From positions 6,065 to 70,064 of the forward strand of contig JBCQSY010000006.1 in NCBI GenBank assembly GCA_047178865.1: a stretch of DNA of 64,000 nt, given 5' to 3'. The DNA is from Rikenellaceae bacterium (lineage in GTDB: Bacteria; Bacteroidota; Bacteroidia; Bacteroidales; Rikenellaceae). Positions 1 to 10,012 of this stretch are shown here, in pieces. Each line of letters begins with the position of its first letter. The stretch's first letter is position 1. The notes beneath the pieces are model-generated. The model was not told the DNA's origin. It saw nothing but the letters and a program-made list of their open reading frames with translations, and searched no databases. Position numbers and translations under genes: made by a program.

Positions 1-74
1 GGAAACAGTTAAAATATAGTAATCCGTTAAAGTACTATTGGTTGAGATTCACCAAGGGACTTGACAAAATATAA
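1..74 (+). CDS. 3' end of a CDS truncated by the window edge (...KQLKYSNPLKYYWLRFTKGLDKI*)
   Basis: Frame 3 is open from base 3 to TAA at 72-74, 14 nt before the GT2 start. Product cannot be determined. Confidence 0.45.
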   Translation, partial: KQLKYSNPLKYYWLRFTKGLDKI

Positions 75-88
75 TATTCGTAAAATCT

Positions 89-868
89 ATGGAGACACAA
101 CCATTAGTTTCGATTATAATCCCTGTCTATAATATGGAGAGGTTTCTTTGTGAGACCTTGGACTCTGTATTGGCGAGCGACTACCCCAATTTGGAGGTTG
201 TTCTAGTCGATGATGGCTCGAAGGATAGTTCGCTATCTATTGCCAAGAGCTACTCCGAGAAGGACTCTCGTTTGAGGATATATTGCCAGAGCAATGCAGG
301 TGCGTGTGCGGCACGTAACCACGCTATCAGAGAGGCAAAGGGGGAGTTTATACTACCCGTAGATGGTGATAATCTGATAACTACCGACTTTGTATCACTT
401 GCTGTGGCTGAAATCATGAGCGATAGCGAGGTTAAGGTGGTCTGTCCGAGAACTAACTTTATCGGGGATAGAGAGGGTGAGTGGATTCTACCTCCATTCT
501 CGTTAAACCTGTTGGCTCGTCGAAATGTGATGGACACAACGGCTCTATATCGCAGAAGCGATTGGCAGAGAGTTGGTGGATATTGCGATGAACTGATGAC
601 ACGTGAGGATTGGGATTTCTGGATTTCGATGCTCAAAGATGGTGGCAAAGTAGTCAGACTCAACAAGTTGACATTCTTCTATCGTCGACGTGGCGACTCA
701 AAGAGGGTTAAGGGTCGTAAACTCCACAAACATGTTATCGACACACTAAACCAACGCCACAGCGACTTCTTCGAGCGAGAACTGGGTGGTAAACTCCACT
801 ACCGTCGCTCGTGGTCGAAAGCGATAAATCGTTTCAACAAACTCTTCCGCCTTCGCAAAATTAGTTAG
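89..868 (+). CDS. Glycosyltransferase family 2
   Basis: VSIIIPVYN, LVDDGSKD, ARN, VDGD (DxD) and EDWDFW motifs. Confidence 0.93.
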   Translation: METQPLVSIIIPVYNMERFLCETLDSVLASDYPNLEVVLVDDGSKDSSLSIAKSYSEKDSRLRIYCQSNAGACAARNHAIREAKGEFILPVDGDNLITTDFVSLAVAEIMSDSEVKVVCPRTNFIGDREGEWILPPFSLNLLARRNVMDTTALYRRSDWQRVGGYCDELMTREDWDFWISMLKDGGKVVRLNKLTFFYRRRGDSKRVKGRKLHKHVIDTLNQRHSDFFERELGGKLHYRRSWSKAINRFNKLFRLRKIS

Positions 869-891
869 AATCTGTTTAAACAGATTCTTAA

Positions 892-1740
892 CTACTCGAC
901 CATCTGCGAGAAGTAGGCGTGGATGGTGGGGTGGATGAATTTGTAGCCCATCTGTTGCAGGCGCATGGGGCGTGTGTAGTTGCTATGCATTATCACATTT
1001 GCGGCTCGTCCGTACAGGATTTTCAGGAGTAGAATAGGCAGTTGGATTATAAATCTCACTCCCTTGGCTCGTTTGGCACTATCCAAGAATTGCTCCTGGG
1101 TGGTTGGTTCTGGAGTGACGAAATTCACTGCGCCTTCGACCTCTTTACGCTTGATAATATGCTCTATAGCGTGCGCCACATCATCGACTGCTATCCACGA
1201 GAGAAGCCTCTCGCCACTACCTATCCTCGCTAAGAAACCCCATCCGCTACTCTCCAACATCTTAGGCAGAGCACCACGCGAGGCATCAAAGACGACACTA
1301 AACCGAGTAATAACAAGACGTGTCTTGGAGTTGATTCTACGTGCCTGACCCTCCCACTCGTCGATTAATTTAGTGAGGATGGTGTCGCTCTTGATATTTG
1401 GTTTTAGCAACATCTCCGAGGAGTGATACCCCGCAGCGGAGGCTGAGATAAATAGCGAAGGACGCTGTGAGCGGTTGATAATATCGACCAATCGTTTAGT
1501 CACCTCGATACGGCTATTGAATATTTTATCCAGATTCGCCCTACTCCACCGCTTCGAGATTGGTGCACCTGAGAGGTTAATCACCACGTCTGAATTATCT
1601 ATAATAGTCTGAAGATTACCCATTTGAGGCATGGTAAGGAGTACTCTAGTGATTGGAGTGACGGTGTGACCTACTCCTTTAAGATATGCGCTAAGGTGAT
1701 GCCCAACGCATCCCGTCGCACCACATATAGCGATATTCAT
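892..1740 (-). CDS. NAD-dependent epimerase family protein (TIGR01777/YfcH-like)
   Basis: MNIAICGATGCVG Rossmann start, VINLSGAPI, SRIEVT, ISASAAGY, WIAVDD. Start moved to ATG 1740. Confidence 0.88.
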   Translation of the reverse strand: MNIAICGATGCVGHHLSAYLKGVGHTVTPITRVLLTMPQMGNLQTIIDNSDVVINLSGAPISKRWSRANLDKIFNSRIEVTKRLVDIINRSQRPSLFISASAAGYHSSEMLLKPNIKSDTILTKLIDEWEGQARRINSKTRLVITRFSVVFDASRGALPKMLESSGWGFLARIGSGERLLSWIAVDDVAHAIEHIIKRKEVEGAVNFVTPEPTTQEQFLDSAKRAKGVRFIIQLPILLLKILYGRAANVIMHSNYTRPMRLQQMGYKFIHPTIHAYFSQMVE

Positions 1741-1801
1741 AGTTAGAATCTGGTTTAAAACTTTCTCTCTAGGCAATCGCAATCATAGTGCCAATAATGA
1801 T

Positions 1802-1827
1802 AAGTTAAGAATTAAGAGTTAAGAATT
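1802..1827. repeat. Heptamer tandem array (AAGTTAA GAATTAA GAGTTAA GAATT)
   Basis: About 3.5 degenerate 7-mer units read directly; same unit as 23811-23850. Confidence 0.6.
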
Positions 1828-1858
1828 TATTTATAGCTCAGGCAGTCCCAATAGATAG

Positions 1859-1895
1859 AAAAAAAATCACTGCAACTCTTTCGAGTTACAGTGAT
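1859..1895 (-). terminator. Intrinsic terminator of efp
   Basis: 13-bp stem ATCACTGTAACTC/GAGTTGCAGTGAT, GAAA loop, U-run on the minus strand. Confidence 0.85.
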
Positions 1896-1932
1896 GTAAA
1901 CTAGGTGAATATCCCCTACAAATCAAGCACTA

Positions 1933-2499
1933 CTACTTAATACGCTCGTAGTACTCTCTGGTGCGAGTGTCAACGCGGATTTTATCGCCTGTGTTGATAA
2001 ACAAAGGAACACGAACTGTCGCTCCAGTATTTACGGTAGCTGGTTTCAACGAGCTAGATGATGCAGTATCGCCCTTGATTCCTGGCTCGGTGTACTCAAC
2101 CTCCATATCAACGATTGGAGGAAGCTCAGCTGAAAGCACTGTCTCCTTCTCGGTGTGGAACATAACCTCAACAATCTGACCATCAGCCATCAAATCGAAG
2201 TTAGTGATAAGTTCTTTCTCGATATTAATCTCCTCGAAGGTCTCAGTATGCATAAAGTGAACACCCAAGTCATCCTCGTAAGTGAATTGGTATGGACGAC
2301 GCTCTACACGTACAACCTCAATCTTCGCACCCGACGAAAAGGTGTTATCAACCACACGACCATTCTCTAGATTTTTAAGTTTTGTACGTACGAAAGCTGG
2401 ACCTTTACCAGGCTTAACGTGCAAAAATTCAACGATTTGGAAAGTCTTGCCATCCATCTCGATACATAGACCATTTTTAATGTCAGCTGTTGTAGCCAT
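1933..2499 (-). CDS. efp: Elongation factor P
   Basis: [34 protein letters not shown]. Confidence 0.98.
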   Translation of the reverse strand: MATTADIKNGLCIEMDGKTFQIVEFLHVKPGKGPAFVRTKLKNLENGRVVDNTFSSGAKIEVVRVERRPYQFTYEDDLGVHFMHTETFEEINIEKELITNFDLMADGQIVEVMFHTEKETVLSAELPPIVDMEVEYTEPGIKGDTASSSSLKPATVNTGATVRVPLFINTGDKIRVDTRTREYYERIK

Positions 2500-2558
2500 T
2501 TTATTATTTTTATTTAAAGTTTGAAAATTCTAGGCACAAATGTAGTAATTATAAATTA

Positions 2559-3125
2559 CTAGAGCAAATTTTTACCCCTCCATCTTGCAATATCTCCTTG
2601 ACACCCCGCCATATCGACACCTCGACTCGATACCGTTAGAGCCAACTCCTCAATATTCTCAGGGTGCATATAGTATGATGGAGAGGCAGGGAGTATCACA
2701 GCACCAGCCTGGGTGAGGGTTGTCATATTACGCAGATGAACGAGCGACAAGGGGGTCTCTCGAAGAACTATAACCAACCGACGACGCTCCTTGAGCATCA
2801 CATCCGCAGCACGTGTAAGCAGTGAATCACACACTCCACTCGCCACTCTCGACATTGTTCCCGTAGTGCACGGAGCAATAATCATCGCATCGTATCCGCT
2901 CGAACCACTAGCTGGTGGCGAGAACATATCATCCACATCGTAACGAACAATCTTATCCGAAGCAGGCAACGACTCACCCTCATACTCCATAACCTCCTGA
3001 GCTTTCGAGCTAAGTATCAGAGCAACCTCCCCCACTTGAGGGTCGGCTATAAGTAGCTGAGCTATCTGTCGAGCGTATATCGCACCACTCGCTGCGGTTA
3101 TTGCAAGAATAATTCTCTTTTCCAT
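2559..3125 (-). CDS. ubiX: Flavin prenyltransferase UbiX family
   Basis: AITAASGAIYA, PASGS, IAPCTTGT, RAADVMLKERRRLVIVLRETPL, PASPSYY. Confidence 0.9.
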   Translation of the reverse strand: MEKRIILAITAASGAIYARQIAQLLIADPQVGEVALILSSKAQEVMEYEGESLPASDKIVRYDVDDMFSPPASGSSGYDAMIIAPCTTGTMSRVASGVCDSLLTRAADVMLKERRRLVIVLRETPLSLVHLRNMTTLTQAGAVILPASPSYYMHPENIEELALTVSSRGVDMAGCQGDIARWRGKNLL

Positions 3126-3127
3126 CA

Positions 3128-3730
3128 CTACAAAACCTCACATTTAAGACCCTTCTGCTTAGCTAGTTCCAAGACTCTCGGCAGAGCGTAGCTCATATTA
3201 CGAAACGACTTCTCGCTATCGTGGAACACCACAATAGAGCCATCCGTAAGGTAGTTAGCCACATTTTTATAGCAATCCCTTGGCGATATCTTCGACTCGT
3301 AATCTAGCGAGAGGATATCCCACATTATAATCTTATATCTCTTGGAAAGATACCTCGACTGTGAGGGTGTAATCTGCCCATAAGGTGGACGAAACAGATT
3401 CGAGTCCAACAAACCATTAGCAAAGTCGACATCCTCGACATATCTCTCCAACGACATCCTCCACCCCTTCTGATGGGAGTAGGTGTGGTTACCCAACTTA
3501 TGCCCCTCCTCCTCGATTCTATCACGCAAATCGGGATACAACTCGGCATTCTTACCCAGCACAAAGAATGTAGCCTTCGCCTCATACTTGCGCAGAGTGT
3601 GGAGTATCCACTTAGTTATGCCTGGAGTTGGCCCATCATCAAAGGTTAGGTAAATAGCCCCTTGCGAGGGCATCTCCCAGATAAGGTCTGGCATAATTCG
3701 ACGTAGAAACTTTGGTGGTTTTAATCTCAT
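3128..3730 (-). CDS. Polysaccharide deacetylase (NodB/CE4)
   Basis: LTFDDGP, NHTYSH, FRPPYG and VVFHD motifs. Start moved to ATG 3730. Confidence 0.92.
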   Translation of the reverse strand: MRLKPPKFLRRIMPDLIWEMPSQGAIYLTFDDGPTPGITKWILHTLRKYEAKATFFVLGKNAELYPDLRDRIEEEGHKLGNHTYSHQKGWRMSLERYVEDVDFANGLLDSNLFRPPYGQITPSQSRYLSKRYKIIMWDILSLDYESKISPRDCYKNVANYLTDGSIVVFHDSEKSFRNMSYALPRVLELAKQKGLKCEVL

Positions 3731-3829
3731 CTGATTTACTTTCTGGCACAAAAATAGTAATTAATTAGTAATTACTAAAAATAATATCTACATTTGTATA
3801 AATAATACCTATATAAAAATTAAAATAGC

Positions 3830-4831
3830 ATGATTAAGAACTTTTTCACAGTCGCTCTCACTGCCGCATTTCTACTTCTAACAGGGTGTGATGCTCTAAG
3901 AACAGTAACCGAAAATAGGGTCTCGTCACAAGGTGCTCCTTACGAGCTTATCGTGGTGTGTAATCAACCTGAGTGGGAATCTTCACTGGGTGACTCCCTA
4001 AGCATGGCTCTTTCGTCAGATATACCCTACTTAGCTCAGAGCGAACCATATTTTAATGTGCTACGTGTAACCTCAGCGAGCTACAATAATCTCGTGGCGA
4101 AACATCGTAACATATTGGTCTGTGTGGTAGAGCCAACCCTTGCCCAGAGCACAATGGTTGTCGAGTGGGATGTCGATGCAGAGCCTCAGATAGTGGCAAC
4201 TCTGCAAGGTCCTTCGACTCAATCCATGGCGGAGTATGTCGGTGAGAATCAAGCAAATATACGCAACCTATTCGAAGCCGCTGAAAGAGACCGTTCGATA
4301 TACTTTGCAGAGAACTTCTCGGTGGAGTCCTTAGACCGTCTTATCGAGGAGAAGTTCTCGATTAAGATGCATATCCCAAAAGGCTACACCCTGCGCGCTG
4401 ATAGTGAGGATTTCCTCTGGTTATCACACGAATACCCCACCGCAAGTCAGGGTCTAATCATCTACAGCTATCCTCTCGAAGGCAGTGTTACATCGGCTCT
4501 TAGAGAGAGGTCGTTGGTGGAGGCTCGCAACAAATTCGTTTCACGAGTGCCAGGACCTAGCGATGGTTCATTTATGACAACCTACACCGAGATTGAGCCT
4601 GAGCATCGAGCTATCAGAATAGATGGTCGACTATGGGTTGAGATGCGTGGTTTATGGTGTGTAGAGAATGATTTTATGGGTGGTCCTTATGTCAGCTACT
4701 CAACCATCGACACCGAGTCAAATAGCGTATTTACCCTCGATATGTATGTCTACTCTCCTAAGTTAGGCAAGCGTAACTTCCTACGTTCACTAGAGCATCT
4801 CCTCCACACGACACAAATACCTGCCAATTAA
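3830..4831 (+). CDS. DUF4837-family lipoprotein
   Basis: Lipobox LLTGC; SQGAPYELIVV, EMRGLW, FMGGPYVSY, GKRNFLRSLE resemble Bacteroidota DUF4837. TACATTTG promoter motif at 3789-3796. Confidence 0.75.
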   Translation: MIKNFFTVALTAAFLLLTGCDALRTVTENRVSSQGAPYELIVVCNQPEWESSLGDSLSMALSSDIPYLAQSEPYFNVLRVTSASYNNLVAKHRNILVCVVEPTLAQSTMVVEWDVDAEPQIVATLQGPSTQSMAEYVGENQANIRNLFEAAERDRSIYFAENFSVESLDRLIEEKFSIKMHIPKGYTLRADSEDFLWLSHEYPTASQGLIIYSYPLEGSVTSALRERSLVEARNKFVSRVPGPSDGSFMTTYTEIEPEHRAIRIDGRLWVEMRGLWCVENDFMGGPYVSYSTIDTESNSVFTLDMYVYSPKLGKRNFLRSLEHLLHTTQIPAN

Positions 4832-4893
4832 AGAATATTCGTTGTTTAAGCAATTACGGAGTATAAAACTACCGAATCTGCGATTTAATCCTT

Positions 4894-4938
4894 AAACTAA
4901 ACACCAAATTTTAGTTGTGAAAATTTGGTGTTTAGTTT
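4894..4938 (+). terminator. Perfect 19-bp inverted repeat with U-run; terminator of the DUF4837 gene, overlapping the tRNA promoter
   Basis: AAACTAAACACCAAATTTT / AAAATTTGGTGTTTAGTTT, 7-nt loop. Confidence 0.8.
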
Positions 4939-4955
4939 TTTTTTACCTACTTTTG
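4924..4955 (+). promoter_or_regulatory. Bacteroidota -33/-7 promoter of tRNA-Thr(GGT)
   Basis: TTTG 4924-4927, 20-nt spacer, TACTTTTG 4948-4955. Confidence 0.7.
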
Positions 4956-4974
4956 TCATCGCAAAGTAAAAAAC

Positions 4975-5046
<72 letters not shown>

Positions 5047-5165
5047 CAATTTGGTGATACCAATATCAAAACTAGACTCTTGTGAGTCGCACTCCAATCC
5101 TCAACATATCTTAGGCACTATAATTGCCCTAACCATAATCGAATTTTAAACTAAAATCTAAGATT

Positions 5166-5345
5166 ATGGAAAAACATGTTTGCAACGTATGTAACTACAT
5201 CTACGACCCTGCAGTGGGTGACACAGAGAATGGCATTGAGGCAGGAACATCCTTCGAAGATATACCTCAGTCGTGGCGATGCCCAGTGTGTGGCGAGAGT
5301 AAAGCCGCTTTTGATATGGTCGAGAGCGCAGAGAGTGTAATCTAA
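5166..5345 (+). CDS. Rubredoxin (59 aa, absent from the ORF track)
   Basis: Hand translation [59 protein letters not shown]; CxxC...WxCPxC. Confidence 0.95.
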   Translation: MEKHVCNVCNYIYDPAVGDTENGIEAGTSFEDIPQSWRCPVCGESKAAFDMVESAESVI

Positions 5346-5358
5346 TAACTAATTGCAC

Positions 5359-5979
5359 ATGACAAAATGGAGATTCAAGGCTAAACCACTGCCTTACAAA
5401 TACACCGCTCTTGAACCAACCATCTCGGAGCAGACTCTCAAATTCCATCACGACCGCCACTACATAGGCTATATCAACAAACTCCAAGATTTGATATGTG
5501 ATACCAAATTTGAGGAGTGCTCTCTTTGGGAGATTGTGATGGAGTCGGATGACGCAATATTTAATAATGCAGCTCAGGCACTCAACCACGAAATCTACTT
5601 CGAACAGTTCTCACCACACCCTCAAGATGCACCAGAGGGGGTGTTGCTCAAGACCATAGAGCGTGATTTTGGCACTCTCGGAGCATTCAAAGAGGCTATG
5701 GATAGAGCTGGTGCTGCACTTTTTGGTTCGGGTTGGGTTTGGCTCGTTAAGGATATTGGCGATAGATTGACTATTATCAACACCAGCAACGCAGAGACTC
5801 CTATACGCGATGGTGCTGAGCCACTTATAGTTATCGATGTCTGGGAGCACGCCTACTATCTCGACTATCAGAACAATCGAGGGGAGTATCTCTCCGCCTT
5901 TTGGAAGGTTCTCGACTGGAGAGTGGTTCAAAAACGATGGGCAGAGATTCCTATAACCGAAAATCAGGAGGCACTTTAA
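5359..5979 (+). CDS. sodB: Fe/Mn superoxide dismutase (Fe-type signature)
   Basis: LPYKYTALEP, HHDRHY, FNNAAQALNH, FGSGWVW, DVWEHAYYLDYQN. Confidence 0.93.
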   Translation: MTKWRFKAKPLPYKYTALEPTISEQTLKFHHDRHYIGYINKLQDLICDTKFEECSLWEIVMESDDAIFNNAAQALNHEIYFEQFSPHPQDAPEGVLLKTIERDFGTLGAFKEAMDRAGAALFGSGWVWLVKDIGDRLTIINTSNAETPIRDGAEPLIVIDVWEHAYYLDYQNNRGEYLSAFWKVLDWRVVQKRWAEIPITENQEAL

Positions 5980-6025
5980 TACTATTGTGTTACATATAAA
6001 CAAGTTACCTATATTAACAAACCAT

Positions 6026-6051
6026 AGAGAGAGGTGAACTCTCTCTTTTTT
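6026..6051 (+). terminator. Intrinsic terminator after sod
   Basis: AGAGAGAG-GTGAA-CTCTCTCT followed by a T-run. Confidence 0.75.
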
Positions 6052-6117
6052 ATGGTAGGATTTGTTGTATTCCCATTTTTTTTATACATTTGCCACGTAT
6101 AAAACAGAAATATTATT

Positions 6118-6963
6118 ATGGCTTGCAATTTACTTAAAGGGAAAAAAGGTTTGATTTTCGGAGCTTTAAACGATCAATCAATCGCTTGGAAAGTGGCACA
6201 ACGTGCCGTAGAAGAGGGTGCAGAAATTGTCTTAACAAATACTCCTCTCTCTATCCGTATGGGTACGATAAACTCTCTAGCCCAAGAGTGTGGCTCAATA
6301 GTTATCCCAGCAGATGCTACTAGTGTTGAGGATTTGGAAATCTTGATAGATAAAACGATGGAACATTTCGGTGGAAAATTCGATTTTATTCTACACTCTA
6401 TCGGCATGTCTCCAAACGTTCGTAAAGGTTATTCATACGACGATTTGAACTACGATTTCTTCTCTAAAACATTAGATATCTCTGCTCTGTCATTCCACAA
6501 GGTGATGCAGGTAGCCTACAAAAAAGATGCTATCAACGAGTGGGGTTCAGTTGTGGCTCTTAGCTACTTAGCCGCACAGCGTACTCTATATGGTTATGGA
6601 GATATGGCAGAGGCCAAGGCGATGTTGGAGTCGATAGCTCGTAGCTTTGGATATAAATATGGAGTCGAGCGAAATGTTCGTGTCAACACAGTATCTCAAT
6701 CACCAACTCCAACCACCGCAGGTAGCGGAGTGCTTGGTCTTGGCAAGTTGATTGATTTGGCTGAGAAGATGTCGCCTCTAGGCAACGCATCAGCTGAGGA
6801 TTGTGCGGACTATATCCTCACTCTATTCTCAGACTTCACTCGTAAGGTTACCATGCAGAATCTATTCCACGACGGAGGTTACTCTTCGGTTGGAATCTCA
6901 GAGGAGGCTATGAATATCTTTATCGAGGGTCTTGAGGTTAAGGCGTCAGAGACAAACGATTAA
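6118..6963 (+). CDS. fabI: Enoyl-ACP reductase (NADH)
   Basis: GALNDQSIAW, LHSIGMS, YGDMAEAKAMLES, HDGGYS. TACATTTG promoter motif at 6085-6092. Confidence 0.95.
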   Translation: MACNLLKGKKGLIFGALNDQSIAWKVAQRAVEEGAEIVLTNTPLSIRMGTINSLAQECGSIVIPADATSVEDLEILIDKTMEHFGGKFDFILHSIGMSPNVRKGYSYDDLNYDFFSKTLDISALSFHKVMQVAYKKDAINEWGSVVALSYLAAQRTLYGYGDMAEAKAMLESIARSFGYKYGVERNVRVNTVSQSPTPTTAGSGVLGLGKLIDLAEKMSPLGNASAEDCADYILTLFSDFTRKVTMQNLFHDGGYSSVGISEEAMNIFIEGLEVKASETND

Positions 6964-6986
6964 AGAGTATTTAAGTTCTCAAAAAA

Positions 6987-7035
6987 AGAGGTTATTCAAG
7001 GTATCTATTTCCATGAATAACCTCTCCTCTTTTTG
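6987..7035 (+). terminator. Terminator after fabI
   Basis: 12-bp stem AGAGGTTATTCA/TGAATAACCTCT followed by a T-rich tail. Confidence 0.65.
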
Positions 7036-7088
7036 ATATAGGTGGAATAGATAAAAAAAATGAAAAATATAAAAAAATTATCTGAAAA

Positions 7089-7122
7089 TTTGTTCTATTC
7101 TAAATAAAAATTCCTAACTTTG
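7089..7122 (+). promoter_or_regulatory. Promoter of the mce-mmd operon
   Basis: TAACTTTG at 7115-7122 with TTTG at 7089-7092. Confidence 0.6.
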
Positions 7123-7172
7123 AGTGCTTAAAAATTCGCAAAAAATTATTTACTACACATAATACAAAAATC

Positions 7173-7577
7173 ATGAAGTTATCACACATTGAGCACCTCG
7201 GTATCGCAGTGAATAGCCTTGAGGAGGCAATCCCATACTGGGAGAATGTCATGGGACTTAAGTGCTATGCCATTGAAGAGGTTGCAGAACAAAAAGTTAA
7301 AACAGCATTTCTCATGCTAGGTCAAACTAAAATCGAGCTTTTAGAGGCTACATCTGAGGACTCTCCTATCGCTAAATTCATCGCGAACAAAGGCATCGGT
7401 ATCCACCACGTAGCATTTGCTTGTGAGGGAATCGAGGAGCAACTCGCCGACGCTGAGGCTAAAGGCATTCGTCTAATCGACAAAACACCTCGTAAAGGTG
7501 CTGAGGGCATGACTATCGCATTCCTTCACCCAAAATCAACTCAGGGTATCCTATCTGAGCTTTGCGAAAAAAAATAA
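7173..7577 (+). CDS. mce: Methylmalonyl-CoA epimerase
   Basis: HIEHLGIAV, TKIELLE, GIHHVAF, IAFLHPKST, ELCE; sits first in the mmd operon. Confidence 0.95.
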   Translation: MKLSHIEHLGIAVNSLEEAIPYWENVMGLKCYAIEEVAEQKVKTAFLMLGQTKIELLEATSEDSPIAKFIANKGIGIHHVAFACEGIEEQLADAEAKGIRLIDKTPRKGAEGMTIAFLHPKSTQGILSELCEKK

Positions 7578-7603
7578 TTAAACTATAAAGATATTATAAT
7601 AAG

Positions 7604-9166
7604 ATGAGTGAAATTCAAAAGAAGATTAACGAACTTGTTGAGAATCGTCAAACTGCACGCCTAGGTGGTGGACAAAAACGCATTGACGCTCAACACGATA
7701 AGGGCAAATACACAGCTCGTGAGAGAATTGACATGCTTCTCGACGAGGGTTCTTTCGAGGAGTTCGACATGTTTGTAACACACCGTTGTACTGACTTCGG
7801 AATGGATAAAAGCCACACCTTTGGTGATGGTGTTGTTACTGGTTATGGTACTGTAGATGGACGTTTGGTCTATATCTTTGCTCAGGACTTTACCGTTTCA
7901 GCTGGCTCTCTATCTATCACAATGGCAGAGAAAATCTGCAAGGTGCAAGATATGGCCCTCCGCAATGGTGCGCCTTGTATCGGTATCAACGACTCAGGAG
8001 GTGCTCGTATCCAAGAGGGTGTTAACGCACTAGCTGGATATGCTAACATCTTCCAACGTAACGTAATGTCGTCGGGTGTTATTCCTCAAATCTCGGCTAT
8101 CTTTGGCCCATGTGCAGGAGGTGCAGTTTACTCACCAGCTCTTACCGACTTCATCATCATGAAGAACCAAACATCGAATATGTTCCTAACTGGCCCTAAG
8201 GTTGTTAAGACCGTAACTGGCGAGGATGTAACTCAGGAGCAGTTGGGTGGTGCTTTGATGCACAACACCAAGTCTGGAGTATCTCAGTTCGCAGTCGACA
8301 CCGAGGAGGAGGGTATCTCTCTTATCCGCAAGTTGCTTTCATACCTCCCATCGAACAATATGGAGGAGGCTCCACTTGCAGTATGTACCGATAAAATCAC
8401 TCGTTTGGAGGACTCTTTGAACGAAATTATCCCTGACAATCCAAACAAACCATACGATATGACCGAAGTTATCTCGGCAATTGTCGATGATGGAGAGTTC
8501 TTGGAGCAAGCAGCAGGTTACGCTAAGAATATCATCACTTGCTTCGCTCGTTTCAACGGTCAGAGTGTAGGTATCGTTGCCAACCAACCTAAGTTCATGG
8601 CTGGTGTATTGGATATCAACGCTTCACGTAAAGCGGCTCGTTTTATCCGTTTCTGCGACGCATTCAACATCCCTATCGTAACGCTTGTTGACGTACCTGG
8701 ATTCCTTCCTGGAACAACTCAGGAGTATGGTGGTGTTATCACACACGGAGCAAAACTTCTATTCGCATATTGCGAGGCTACCGTACCTAAGGTAACAGTA
8801 ACTCTTCGTAAGGCTTACGGAGGTGCATATATCGTAATGGCATCTAAGCACATTCGTGGCGATATCAACTACGCTTGGCCAACAGCTGAAATCGCGGTAA
8901 TGGGTGCAAGTGGCGCAGTTGAGGTACTACAAGGACGTGCAGCTGCGGCTATCGAGGATGCTGAGGAGCGTGCTAAGTTCATCGCAGAGAAGGAGCAAGA
9001 GTACAACGACAAGTTCTCAAACCCTTACAACGCAGCTCGTTACGGATATATCGATGATGTAATCGAACCACGTAACACTCGTTTCCGTGTAATTCGTGCA
9101 TTGCAGTCGCTCACTAACAAGCGTCTACAAAACCCAGCTAAGAAACACTCAAATATCCCATTATAA
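7604..9166 (+). CDS. mmdA: Methylmalonyl-CoA decarboxylase alpha (carboxyltransferase) subunit
   Basis: [46 protein letters not shown]. Confidence 0.93.
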   Translation: MSEIQKKINELVENRQTARLGGGQKRIDAQHDKGKYTARERIDMLLDEGSFEEFDMFVTHRCTDFGMDKSHTFGDGVVTGYGTVDGRLVYIFAQDFTVSAGSLSITMAEKICKVQDMALRNGAPCIGINDSGGARIQEGVNALAGYANIFQRNVMSSGVIPQISAIFGPCAGGAVYSPALTDFIIMKNQTSNMFLTGPKVVKTVTGEDVTQEQLGGALMHNTKSGVSQFAVDTEEEGISLIRKLLSYLPSNNMEEAPLAVCTDKITRLEDSLNEIIPDNPNKPYDMTEVISAIVDDGEFLEQAAGYAKNIITCFARFNGQSVGIVANQPKFMAGVLDINASRKAARFIRFCDAFNIPIVTLVDVPGFLPGTTQEYGGVITHGAKLLFAYCEATVPKVTVTLRKAYGGAYIVMASKHIRGDINYAWPTAEIAVMGASGAVEVLQGRAAAAIEDAEERAKFIAEKEQEYNDKFSNPYNAARYGYIDDVIEPRNTRFRVIRALQSLTNKRLQNPAKKHSNIPL

Positions 9167-9179
9167 ACTTTAAGTGAAT

Positions 9180-9554
9180 ATGGAACAACAGATGGAATTA
9201 AGCGAGGTGTTGTGGATTGCTCTAATCGGCTTTCTATTTGTCGCTGCCCTACTCTTTGCCCTAGTACTAATCATACGTGTATTTGGTCTAATCTTTACTC
9301 AGCAAGCTAAAATGGCAGCTAAGAAAGATGAGGCAGATGGCAAGGATGTAGTTAAAAAACAGATGGTTAGCCCTGAAGAGATTGCCGCTATTGCTGTGGC
9401 TCTACGTCTACACACACTCGAACTGCATGATAGAGAGTCTACGATTCTCACTATTCAAAGCATCAAAAAGGCATACTCGCCTTGGAGTGCTAAGGTACAC
9501 ATGCTAAGAGAGTTGCCTCAACGAGGAATTAAGAGTAATAAAATCAATGCGTAA
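9180..9554 (+). CDS. Na+-translocating decarboxylase small membrane subunit (OadG/MmdD family)
   Basis: Single N-terminal TM helix, EEIAAIAVAL, SPWSAK; operon position. Confidence 0.85.
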   Translation: MEQQMELSEVLWIALIGFLFVAALLFALVLIIRVFGLIFTQQAKMAAKKDEADGKDVVKKQMVSPEEIAAIAVALRLHTLELHDRESTILTIQSIKKAYSPWSAKVHMLRELPQRGIKSNKINA

Positions 9555-9560
9555 AAAAGA

Positions 9561-10010
9561 ATGAAAGATTACATTATAACAATTAACGGACACAAACACG
9601 AGGTTCAAATCAACAAGATTAATGAGGATTCAAAGTCAGCTCGTGTAATAGTCAATGGAGTGGAGTTCGAAGTTGGTGTAGAGGGAATGATTAGAGCACC
9701 TAAAAAGAGCAAACCTCAGGTGGCTAGTATTCCAACAATCGCTGCATCAGGCGACTTGGTAAAACCAGTAATTAAACAAGTAGCTCACTCAGGAGCAGGA
9801 AGTCCTATCTATTGTCCACTTCCTGGAACAGTTGTCGACATTAAGGTTAAAGTTGGCGACGCTGTCTCTGTAGGTCAGACCCTTCTTATCTTGGAGGCGA
9901 TGAAGATGGAGAACAATATCGATGCTACTATTGGCGGAACTATCAAGGAGATTTTGGTGGCAAACGGAGCTACTGTAATGGAGGGTGAAACATTAATCGT
10001 CATTGAGTAA
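9561..10010 (+). CDS. mmdC: Biotin carboxyl carrier subunit
   Basis: EAMKMEN biotinylation motif, PLPGTV. Confidence 0.93.
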   Translation: MKDYIITINGHKHEVQINKINEDSKSARVIVNGVEFEVGVEGMIRAPKKSKPQVASIPTIAASGDLVKPVIKQVAHSGAGSPIYCPLPGTVVDIKVKVGDAVSVGQTLLILEAMKMENNIDATIGGTIKEILVANGATVMEGETLIVIE

Positions 10011-10012
10011 CC

